Shown: positions 9,307-16,955 of the stretch, one piece after another
How positions within the stretch are numbered: position 1 is the first letter of the stretch
How the letters are laid out: every line of letters starts with the position of its first letter
Assembly (NCBI RefSeq): GCF_000392435.1
Contig: NC_021219.1
Location: 780,001 to 812,000, forward strand
DNA: 32,000 bases
Direction: 5' to 3'
DNA from: Candidatus Saccharimonas aalborgensis
GTDB lineage: Bacteria; Patescibacteriota; Saccharimonadia; Saccharimonadales; Saccharimonadaceae
Made by a program: the position numbers and the translations under genes
The notes under the pieces: model-generated
The model's database searches: none
The model's input: the letters and a program-made list of their open reading frames with translations, nothing else
What the model was told of the DNA's origin: nothing

Positions 9307-9354
9307 CAGTTGAAAAGGGTTGTCTGAAAATCTAATAGAGGTACAATAGGGAAC

Positions 9355-9777
9355 ATGAGAATGTTCCACACTGATGGTAGTGCAAGTCCAAACCCCGGTC
9401 CGGGCGGCTTTGCCGTGATTGAGCACAGCAAGCCAGTTGTGCTCGGCAGCGAGTCAGGGGACACGACCAATATCCGCATGGAAGGCCATGCACTCATCGC
9501 TGCTATGGAGCTTGCGGGCGGCGAAGCATGCCAGATATATAGCGATAGTGAATTTTGGATAAACGTGATGACAAAATGGGCGCCATCGTGGGAAGCAAGA
9601 GGCTGGACAAAAAAGGGAGGCGACATAAAAAACCTTGATCTTGTAAAGCGAGCATACGAGTTGTTTTGCACGGGAAATGTCTCGCTCATCTGGGTTCGTG
9701 GACACAATGATGATGAACAAAATGAACTTGCCGATGAATGGGCGAACCGCGCAAGAGAGGGAGAACGACTATCATGA
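9355..9777 (+). CDS. rnhA: ribonuclease HI
   Basis: The DEDD catalytic pattern is visible: HTDGSAS, NIRMEGHALIAA, IYSDSEF, NELADEWA. Confidence 0.85.
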   Translation: MRMFHTDGSASPNPGPGGFAVIEHSKPVVLGSESGDTTNIRMEGHALIAAMELAGGEACQIYSDSEFWINVMTKWAPSWEARGWTKKGGDIKNLDLVKRAYELFCTGNVSLIWVRGHNDDEQNELADEWANRAREGERLS

Positions 9778-10352
9778 CACGGCAGTTTGAGCGCTATCGA
9801 CAGCCCGACGAATCGCCAAGTCCAGAGGTTTTTGCCGCATATGTTGCAGACAAACATGAATTACTGCAGGCGATCGGCAAACCAATAAAGAGAGCTCCGG
9901 GCAACACTATGACAGAGTTCTTTTTGCCGCCCGGTATCGATGAATGGTCTCAGCCTGACGCAAATGGGCGAGTGAGATTGGAACGCAGTCGACACTACTC
10001 AGCTGCACACAAAAAGATAGGAAATGGCGCCTATACACTCCTTGTGCTCGAGTGTGATAGCGTCAGTAACCCTGATCGTACCGTCGAGTCAACAAGGCAT
10101 ATGTATTGGTTTATGTGGACAGATAGCAATGGGGTATTTGAATCCCAGGCAATGAAATACCGAACACTTTCGGGCCCAACCAGTGAAGTAGCAATGCTAG
10201 ACGGGCGACCGAGTGTTATCACGCTCACGCCAAGTGAGCCATTGTCGCGAACTGCCGAGCATGTTCTCGTCACTCCAGAGTTATTTGAGGGGCTTCATCA
10301 GCGAACAGCTGCATTTAGTGCTGACTTAGTGAAACGGCTGGCAAGCAAGTAG
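9774..10352 (+). CDS. hypothetical protein (192 aa)
   Basis: The ATG at 9774 overlaps the rnhA stop (ATGA). The track start at 9738 would overlap rnhA by 40 nt. No family recognised. Confidence 0.5.
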   Translation: MTRQFERYRQPDESPSPEVFAAYVADKHELLQAIGKPIKRAPGNTMTEFFLPPGIDEWSQPDANGRVRLERSRHYSAAHKKIGNGAYTLLVLECDSVSNPDRTVESTRHMYWFMWTDSNGVFESQAMKYRTLSGPTSEVAMLDGRPSVITLTPSEPLSRTAEHVLVTPELFEGLHQRTAAFSADLVKRLASK

Positions 10353-10358
10353 CAAGCA

Positions 10359-10367
10359 TGCTATAAT
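10359..10367 (+). promoter_or_regulatory. extended -10 promoter element (TGcTATAAT) for the metK leader
   Basis: TGCTATAAT lies about 25 nt upstream of the riboswitch P1 helix. The -35 is weak (TGGCAA, 17-nt spacer). Confidence 0.55.
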
Positions 10368-10390
10368 CATAGGCACATTAACAACATAAA

Positions 10391-10486
10391 CTATATCAAG
10401 AGCGTGACGAGGGACTGGCCCGATGACTCACCGGCAACCTCGAAATGCGAGGTGCCTCATCCAGGCCCACTGCGGCGAAGATATAG
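10391..10486 (+). promoter_or_regulatory. SAM-I (S-box) riboswitch
   Basis: Near-consensus core: CTATATCAAGAG...GAGGGACTGGCCCGATGA...CCGGCAACC...GGTGCC..ATCC...GAAGATATAG. P1 pairs CTATATC (10391-10397) with GATATAG (10480-10486). Downstream TCTCCT (10495-10500) can pair with the metK SD AGGAGG (10532-10537), which is followed by T7. Confidence 0.9.
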
Positions 10487-10544
10487 GCGAGAAATCTCCT
10501 CACTACTTCCCGTCAAGTGGCAGTAACGATAAGGAGGTTTTTTT

Positions 10545-11540
10545 ATGTCAATTCATACAGCAATCGAGCGGCTCGACTATCGAACAGCAGAGAGTGTCAG
10601 TCCAGGACATCCCGACAAACTATGTGATCAGATAAGTGATGCTATTTTGGATGCGTACTTGACGGTTGACCCAAATGCTCGCGTCGCCGTGGAGGCGTGC
10701 GGAGGCCATGGAACGGTGTTTTTGACTGGCGAAGTAACGGCTGGCCAGTATGTTGACGTTGTTCCTATCGTAAAACGTTTGGCGGGCGAGGATGTCGAGA
10801 TAATAGAGCACATCGTCAAGCAAAGCCCCGAGATTGCTCGTGGTGTAGACGCTGGTGGCGCGGGTGATCAGGGTATTATGGTAGGCTATGCGTGCAATGA
10901 AACACCTGAGTTATTGCCGCTGGAAACGGTTTTGGCACGTCAACTTAACCAACACCTATTTGATCAATGGCCATTTGACGGCAAAACGCAGGTGACGCTC
11001 AGAAACGGTGTCATCGAATCAGTTGTAGCGAGTTTTCAAAACGTCGACCAAGCCAGTCTCAAGCAGGCGGTCGAATCCTGGTTAAAAGAAATTGCCGGAA
11101 TCGCCGTTAGTCCTGAGGTGCAGCTTCATATCAACCCGGCAGGGGATTGGTCTCAGGGTGGCTTTGACGCCGACGCTGGTCTTACAGGTCGGAAGTTGGT
11201 GGTAGACAACTATGGGCCAGGTGTACCAATAGGTGGAGGATGTTTTAGTGGTAAAGATGCCTCGAAGGTTGATCGCAGTGCTGCCTATATGGCTCGTCGT
11301 GTTGCTGTTGACTACCTGAGGAAGAATAATGCAAAAGAAGTATATTGCTATCTCGCCTACGCTATTGGGTATGACCAACCCTTGGAGGCGACCGTGATTG
11401 TTGATGGTGTACAGCAAATTGTCGAGGGGTATGACCTGAGTCCTCGAGGTATTATAGAAGCACTTGATTTAAAAAAACCTCAATACGAACAGACCGCTCG
11501 CTATGGACATTTTGGTCATGGGTTTGCATGGGATAAATAG
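10545..11540 (+). CDS. metK: S-adenosylmethionine synthetase (compact 331-aa form)
   Basis: SPGHPDKLCDQISDAILD, GAGDQGIMVGYACNET, GLTGRKLVVDNYG and GGGCFSGKDASKVDRSAAYMAR are canonical MetK motifs. Confidence 0.92.
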   Translation: MSIHTAIERLDYRTAESVSPGHPDKLCDQISDAILDAYLTVDPNARVAVEACGGHGTVFLTGEVTAGQYVDVVPIVKRLAGEDVEIIEHIVKQSPEIARGVDAGGAGDQGIMVGYACNETPELLPLETVLARQLNQHLFDQWPFDGKTQVTLRNGVIESVVASFQNVDQASLKQAVESWLKEIAGIAVSPEVQLHINPAGDWSQGGFDADAGLTGRKLVVDNYGPGVPIGGGCFSGKDASKVDRSAAYMARRVAVDYLRKNNAKEVYCYLAYAIGYDQPLEATVIVDGVQQIVEGYDLSPRGIIEALDLKKPQYEQTARYGHFGHGFAWDK

Positions 11541-11582
11541 TACAACGCTATAAGAGCTATTTCCGCGCTATACTAAAGGAGA

Positions 11583-13115
11583 ATGAATCAGGGGTTAGCA
11601 CTCGAGATATTACTGGCGGGCGAAAGCGCGCTCCTTACGGGTCCAGCGGGAACCGGTAAGACGTATGTGCTCAACCAATTTATCCGTCTCAGTAAGTATG
11701 AGGGCAAGCATGTCAGCGTAACTGCTACCACCGGCCTCGCGGCGACCCACCTGGGGGGAACAACGATACATACCTGGTCGGGGATCGGTATCAACGATAG
11801 TCTACCGGATGGTTTTGTCGATCATATTAGTAAGGGTCGACGAGATATTATAGAAAAAACAGACATCCTCATTATCGACGAGGTATCAATGCTGCATGAT
11901 TACCGGCTTGATATGGTTGATGAGGTCTGTCGGATAGTGCGCAAACAGCCAGATACCCCATTTGGTGGCATACAGCTTATTATGAGTGGCGATTTCTTTC
12001 AATTACCCCCCATTAATCGAGAGGGAAGTAGGACGGGTGGTTTCGTTGTTGAAAGTCACGCATGGCGTGATCTTGATCCTATTATTTTGTACCTCGATGA
12101 TCAGTATCGACAAGATGAAAATGATGATCTGTATGATATCCTCACTCACCTCAGGGCGGGTGATCTTCGCCGCCGACACGCCGAGTTGCTGCTTGCGCGT
12201 GCTGACGAAACACCGCCGCCCACATCTTCGCTGACAGAGCTGCATACAATCAATGTTGATGTTGATCGTATCAATAACCAACAGCTTGAACGGCTGCCTG
12301 GGGATGAAGTGGCCTACGACCAGCACACTACGGGTTCTGTTAGCTATGTCGAAAGCCTTCAGCGAAGTGTGCTGGCGCCAGCCACACTGACGCTTAAAAA
12401 AGGTGCATTAGTTATGGCAGTAAAAAATGATACTAACCGTCGCTATGCAAACGGTAGTATCGGCACCGTTGTGGCGTTCGAAAATGGCAGTGATTATCCC
12501 GTCGTTGAGTTTCATAGTGGACGCACAGTAACGATGATGCCTGATACTTGGGAGTTGCGAGATGGTGATAAAAAACGGGCCAGCATCAGCCAAATACCCC
12601 TCAGACTAGCATGGGCGATCACCGTTCACAAAAGCCAGGGTATGACGCTTGATATCGCTCGTATTGACCTCACTAAAGCGTTTGTACCCGGTATGGGATA
12701 TGTCGCACTCAGCCGAGTAAAAAAGTTATCCAATCTCTATCTTACCGGGATTAATCGTATGGCGCTGCAAGTGAGTGAGCAAGCTCAGGAGATTGATAGC
12801 CAACTTCGACGTCAAAGTGTGGCCGCGGCAAAGAGATTTAGTCATCTGCATCAGAAAGCAGTAAAGAGGAAAGATGAAGGAGTAGGTCCGAAAAAGAAAA
12901 AGCAACCATCGGGTAGTTGGGCGCAAAAGATAGCTGTCATGCGCGAAACGTACCCACAGGCGTATATGCTGTGGACTGAGGCCGACGATGCTACGCTTAA
13001 GACAGATTTCTTAGGAGGTGCGGATATAATGATGTTGAGCAAAAAACTTGGACGGCACGAGGGAAGTATTAGGATGCGTCTGCAGAAGCACTTTGGTGAA
13101 GATATGGTTGCCTAG
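11583..13115 (+). CDS. Pif1-family (SF1B) ATP-dependent DNA helicase with a C-terminal helical extension
   Basis: Walker A GPAGTGKT, Walker B ILIIDEVSM, the Pif1-type GGIQLIMSGDFFQLPPI, and the late motif ITVHKSQGMTLD. Confidence 0.85.
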   Translation: MNQGLALEILLAGESALLTGPAGTGKTYVLNQFIRLSKYEGKHVSVTATTGLAATHLGGTTIHTWSGIGINDSLPDGFVDHISKGRRDIIEKTDILIIDEVSMLHDYRLDMVDEVCRIVRKQPDTPFGGIQLIMSGDFFQLPPINREGSRTGGFVVESHAWRDLDPIILYLDDQYRQDENDDLYDILTHLRAGDLRRRHAELLLARADETPPPTSSLTELHTINVDVDRINNQQLERLPGDEVAYDQHTTGSVSYVESLQRSVLAPATLTLKKGALVMAVKNDTNRRYANGSIGTVVAFENGSDYPVVEFHSGRTVTMMPDTWELRDGDKKRASISQIPLRLAWAITVHKSQGMTLDIARIDLTKAFVPGMGYVALSRVKKLSNLYLTGINRMALQVSEQAQEIDSQLRRQSVAAAKRFSHLHQKAVKRKDEGVGPKKKKQPSGSWAQKIAVMRETYPQAYMLWTEADDATLKTDFLGGADIMMLSKKLGRHEGSIRMRLQKHFGEDMVA

Positions 13116-13200
13116 GGAAGCGCCCCATCAGCCACTCGGGCGATGAGACGCTTCCGTAGAGTGGGTGATGGGGCGGGCGGATTGTGCAGCGGGCTAGGCC
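13111..13200. terminator. nested or interleaved GC-rich inverted repeats between convergent genes (possible bidirectional terminator or pseudoknot-type structure)
   Basis: GGAAGCG (13117-13123) pairs with CGCTTCC (13150-13156). CCCCATCAGCCACTC (13124-13138) pairs with GAGTGGGTGATGGGG (13160-13174), 14 of 15. GCCTAG (13111-13116) pairs with CTAGGC (13195-13200), which covers both stop codons. Confidence 0.45.
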
Positions 13201-13400
13201 GTGAGTGATGCCTCACAGGGCCAGGCCCGCATGCATGTGGTGCAGACGGCGCGCATCTGGCGCTGTCGCCAAGCCGGCATTTTTTTGACGAACTCCATGT
13301 GGAGCTGGCTGTTGAGCATGACGCCCAGTTGCGCCAGTAAACCGAGCTGACACCAGTAGATGGGCTCGTGTGCCGCTGCAGCCTTTGCAGATCGAGACAC
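13194..13400 (-). CDS. small hypothetical protein (68 aa, 4 Cys)
   Basis: GTG start preceded by TAAGGAGGTGATC, a 13-nt perfect complement of the canonical 16S 3' end (spacing about 10 nt). The region is visibly GC-rich. C-terminal CTTCMRAWPC. No family recognised, and it may be non-coding. Confidence 0.35.
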   Translation of the reverse strand: MSRSAKAAAAHEPIYWCQLGLLAQLGVMLNSQLHMEFVKKMPAWRQRQMRAVCTTCMRAWPCEASLTA

Positions 13401-13546
13401 TCCTAGATCACCTCCTTAGGTGGTATCTGAGTGAATATGGTTTTTCGAACTACCGTGCAGTCAGTATGCCACCAGATACTAGTGTACGCAAGCATAGCCG
13501 CAATAAAATAATTACTCGTAGCAAAAAAGATAGTACACTAGAATCT

Positions 13547-14524
13547 ATGACTACTTCACTAACTACAGTACAAACGACCGATATTTTCCTGTGGGCGAAT
13601 CAAGCAGATAGAGACAAAGATCAGCTAGAGATTGACCTATTTCTCTTTACAAAGGGCTACACGGTGTATGCGACTAACTACGCAAAGGAACTCAAGGCGC
13701 AGCTCAAGGTGTTATTTCTCTATGACATGATCAGCACAGTCCAGACTGGGGCAGCAACGGGTATGATAGTGCGTGACTTTGAAGCGGCGGCCTCAGAGGA
13801 AAATGTACTGGAGCGTACGACACTCGACAAAGTTGAACACGCTCAAGAAGTGATCGAGCAAATCATGTATGGTGAAGAAGGGCTTGAAGTATTTCGCGAG
13901 GGCGACCACGAGTTCAAAAAGGTTAAGGGCATTGTTGCACGGTTTCAGATGAAGGGAAAGAGCCCATTTTTTGTAGTCAAGTTGCTTCCGCAGTCACAGG
14001 TACTAAAGGGAGCTACGGCATGGATGTACAACGGCGACTCGTTCCAGCCGTTTAGTGCCGATGCTGGGCTACGTATTACCCCCGACAATCAAGTGCTCAT
14101 CGCGGACCAAGATATTTTTGCGTTTAGTGAGGTTAAGTTTGTGCGACTGTTTGGCTATGATGCCAAGAAGTTTGCGGTAGCAGAGGAGAAGATCAAGGAA
14201 ATCGAAGCGCATTTCAAGCTGAAGTTCCCTGATGGGATGACGTTTGACGCGCTGGTGCGAGATACTCCCAGTCTAGTGACAAAACTTCAAAAAGTTGATC
14301 CGACAAGTGTCACGCAAGACCAAATCATCACTCATGCTGAAGAAATGGATCTGGAACTAATGACTGATGATGCAGTCGGTGCGATTATTATCATGGATGC
14401 GAAGGATGCCGCCAAGTTTGTCAACCTCCTCAACGATGATTATGTGACCAGTGATATGACGGGTATCAAATACGAGCTCAAGGCAAAAAAAGAGCTCCAT
14501 GCCAGCGCTCCAGTTGAACAGTAG
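13547..14524 (+). CDS. DUF4868/KwaB-like protein (325 aa)
   Basis: The central LRITPDNQVLIADQDIFAFSEVKFVRLFGYD and C-terminal FVNLLNDDYVTSDMTGIKYELKAKKEL resemble the KwaB (Kiwa) family as I recall it. The ATG at 13547 is preferred; the track GTG at 13370 would overlap the opposite-strand ORF and its SD. Confidence 0.6.
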   Translation: MTTSLTTVQTTDIFLWANQADRDKDQLEIDLFLFTKGYTVYATNYAKELKAQLKVLFLYDMISTVQTGAATGMIVRDFEAAASEENVLERTTLDKVEHAQEVIEQIMYGEEGLEVFREGDHEFKKVKGIVARFQMKGKSPFFVVKLLPQSQVLKGATAWMYNGDSFQPFSADAGLRITPDNQVLIADQDIFAFSEVKFVRLFGYDAKKFAVAEEKIKEIEAHFKLKFPDGMTFDALVRDTPSLVTKLQKVDPTSVTQDQIITHAEEMDLELMTDDAVGAIIIMDAKDAAKFVNLLNDDYVTSDMTGIKYELKAKKELHASAPVEQ

Positions 14525-14538
14525 TATAATAAGAATAT

Positions 14539-15798
14539 ATGGCGAGGCAACAACCAATACGCTTTCCGGCCGATTTTTTGTGGGGTGCCGTTGTGAGTGC
14601 GCACCAAACAGAGGGCGGAAATCACAACCAATGGTCGGTGTGGGAACTTGAGAATGCTCGCTCGCTTGCCGCACAAGCCTCGTATCAATACGGGGATCTA
14701 GAACATTGGCACTCAATTGAGCGTCAAGCAAAATCGCCGGACAACTACGTTTCCGCTAAAGCAGTCGATCACTATCATCAATACCAGCATGATTTTGATT
14801 TAGTGAAGCGACTGCATATGAATGCGCTTCGATTTAGCGTCGAGTGGTCTCGGTTGCAGCCAGAAAAAGACGCCTGGAATGTTGACGAGATGCAGCACTA
14901 TAAGGAGTATGTCGCCGCGCTGAAACAGCGAGGCCTGGAACCAATCGTGACGCTATTTCACATCACGTTACCCGTTTGGTTTGTAGAGATGGGTGGGTTT
15001 GAGAAGCGCCGCAATGTACGGTATTTTGTTGATTTCGCAGAAAAAGTAATTAGCGAACTTGGTCCGGCGATCCAATTTGTCATCACTATGCACGAACCCG
15101 ATGAATATGTGAGACAAAGTTACTTAATCGGTCGATGGCCGCCTCAGGACCAGAGTCGGTCACGAGCATTCAGGGTGCTCAATAATCTGGCGCTCGCACA
15201 CAATAGGGTGGCCGAGCTGCTGCATGCCCAAAGCGGGCGCTATAAAGTATCAGTTGCAAAAAATAGCGCCTACATCTACCCCGGAGATGACGCATGGTTG
15301 ACGGTGAGGGCGTCGGCAGCAATCCAATATATTCATGATGACTATTTTCTGCAAAAAGTGATGAAAACCTGCGACTTTATAGGAGTCAACTACCACGGTA
15401 GTCAGCGCATCTACGGCTATCGGGTTCACAACGATAACAAAGAGATAAGTGATCTTGGAAATGACCTACATCCAGATCATCTGGCACATGCCCTTGAGCG
15501 CCTAAGTGAGCGCTACAAAAAACCAATTCTTGTCACTGAGAGCGGCATAGCAGATGCAACTGACCGGCGTCGCAAATGGTGGTTGATGCAGTCAATCATT
15601 GCGATGCAGCAGGCGCTTTCAAGTGGTGTTGAACTTATCGGTTATCTGCATGGGGGGCTACTTGATTCATTTGAATGGGATAAGGGCTTTTGGCCCCGCT
15701 ATGGTCTTTATGAAGTGGATAGGAAAAGTATGAAGCGTTCCGCGCGACCTTCTGCGGCATGGTTGTCAAAAGTAATCAAATCACTAAGAGGTATATAA
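14539..15798 (+). CDS. glycoside hydrolase family 1 (beta-glucosidase-like)
   Basis: FLWGAVVSAHQTEGG matches the N-terminal GH1 signature. The acid/base region is ITMHEPDEY (HEP instead of NEP) and the nucleophile region is ILVTESGIAD (TESG instead of TENG). Confidence 0.8.
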   Translation: MARQQPIRFPADFLWGAVVSAHQTEGGNHNQWSVWELENARSLAAQASYQYGDLEHWHSIERQAKSPDNYVSAKAVDHYHQYQHDFDLVKRLHMNALRFSVEWSRLQPEKDAWNVDEMQHYKEYVAALKQRGLEPIVTLFHITLPVWFVEMGGFEKRRNVRYFVDFAEKVISELGPAIQFVITMHEPDEYVRQSYLIGRWPPQDQSRSRAFRVLNNLALAHNRVAELLHAQSGRYKVSVAKNSAYIYPGDDAWLTVRASAAIQYIHDDYFLQKVMKTCDFIGVNYHGSQRIYGYRVHNDNKEISDLGNDLHPDHLAHALERLSERYKKPILVTESGIADATDRRRKWWLMQSIIAMQQALSSGVELIGYLHGGLLDSFEWDKGFWPRYGLYEVDRKSMKRSARPSAAWLSKVIKSLRGI

Positions 15799-15800
15799 CG

Positions 15801-16829
15801 ATGAACGAGCCATTCGCAAAACAGGAAGCAAAGGTGACAGTTATTGGTGGCGGTACAGGTAGTTTTACGTTACTCTCTGCGCTCAAGGAGCACACTTCCC
15901 AAATCGCCGCCATTGTAAACATGGTGGACGATGGTGGTAGTACCGGAGTGCTAAGAGATGAATTAGGCGTGCTTCCGCCGGGTGATGTGAGGCAGTGTCT
16001 TGTTGCTCTGAGCGATTCACCCAAAATACGCGACTTATTTAGCTATCGATTTGATAGCGGAACGTTCGCGGGACATTCTTTTGGTAACATATTTTTGACA
16101 GCGCTCGAGAAAAGCACGGGCAATTTCGCCGAAGCTGTTGAGACAGCGGGTGAGATACTGCGAGTTAATGGGACAGTTATCCCCGCGACGCTAGATGACG
16201 TACGACTTGTCATGAGTTGGCCGGGATCATCAGTACGTCTCCATGGCGAACGGGTAATTGATGCTGACCACTTTAAGAGGGACCCACGAAAAGCTTTGCT
16301 GAGTCTTGAGCCAACGCCTTCGGTAAACCCGATAGCGATAAAGGCTATTGAGCAGGCGGACTTGGTCGTTATTGCGCCGGGCGATATCTATACTTCACTT
16401 GGACCACTGTTGGCAATAAAGGGGATCGGGGATGCTCTTCGCCAAACAGATGCGGTGGTAGTGTATGTTTGTAATCTTGTGACGAAAGATGGTCAGACAA
16501 ATGACTTTACTGTTTCTGATCACGCGGGAGAGATTGAACGACTAGGTGGTGGTGACATTCTGGATATCGTGCTCTATAACAGCCAGGTTCCGTCGGCGCG
16601 GCTCCTGAAGCGCTATGAAGCCGAGAATGATTATCTGGTAAAGATCGACAAGAAAGTGCTTGATTCTCAGCATTACCATGCCGTTGGTGGACATTTCTTG
16701 GGTCAGATTATTAGCTACGATCCAAAGGAACAAATGATACCAGTCACCCGGTCTTTTATACGGCATAATCCGGTCGCTGTAGCGAGTGCACTCATGACGT
16801 TCATTGAAAAGAAGAAGATCTCTTCATAA
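15801..16829 (+). CDS. YvcK/CofD-like (UPF0052, gluconeogenesis factor family) protein
   Basis: VIGGGTGSFTLLSALK and NMVDDGGSTGVLRDELGVLPPGDVRQC are typical of the family. The ATG at 15801 lies 2 nt after the GH1 stop with an AAGAGGT SD. Confidence 0.8.
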   Translation: MNEPFAKQEAKVTVIGGGTGSFTLLSALKEHTSQIAAIVNMVDDGGSTGVLRDELGVLPPGDVRQCLVALSDSPKIRDLFSYRFDSGTFAGHSFGNIFLTALEKSTGNFAEAVETAGEILRVNGTVIPATLDDVRLVMSWPGSSVRLHGERVIDADHFKRDPRKALLSLEPTPSVNPIAIKAIEQADLVVIAPGDIYTSLGPLLAIKGIGDALRQTDAVVVYVCNLVTKDGQTNDFTVSDHAGEIERLGGGDILDIVLYNSQVPSARLLKRYEAENDYLVKIDKKVLDSQHYHAVGGHFLGQIISYDPKEQMIPVTRSFIRHNPVAVASALMTFIEKKKISS

Positions 16830-16834
16830 CCTAA

Positions 16835-16947
16835 GTCTCAAAACCCCCTCTTCCGGACAATCGGCCCGCCGCTAACTGATTAGCCTTCGCCTTGGCGGGC
16901 CTTGGCCCATCAGGGCCAACTGTCTTTCGGGGGAGGGGTTTGAGATT
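16835..16947. repeat. GC-rich imperfect palindrome that can fold as a three-way junction (about 110 nt)
   Basis: Outer stem: TCTCAAAACCCCCTC..CCGGACA (16836-16859) with TGTCTTTCGGGGGAGGGGTTTGAGA (16921-16945). Inner hairpins: GGCCCGCC (16863-16870) with GGCGGGCC (16894-16901), and TTGGCCC (16902-16908) with GGGCCAA (16913-16919). Confidence 0.6.
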
Positions 16948-16955
16948 TGGGTAGC

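Noticed and set aside
9207-9857. 216-aa minus-strand ORF
   Set aside because: It is antisense to the well-supported rnhA gene and the end of the upstream gene, and has low-complexity Ser/Ala/Cys-rich composition.
10423-10635. 70-aa plus-strand ORF
   Set aside because: It lies inside the SAM-I riboswitch and the metK 5' end, so the riboswitch and metK explain the sequence.
13408-13420. GATCACCTCCTTA, identical to the 3' terminus of 16S rRNA, read on the plus strand
   Set aside because: The upstream sequence lacks the conserved 16S 3'-domain strings (for example AAGTCGTAACAAGGTA). It is better explained as the reverse complement of a long SD for the minus-strand ORF.
13370-13546. N-terminal extension of the KwaB-like ORF (GTG at 13370)
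   Set aside because: It would overlap the opposite-strand small ORF and its 13-nt SD. The extension is basic and low-complexity, and the family-typical length fits the ATG at 13547.
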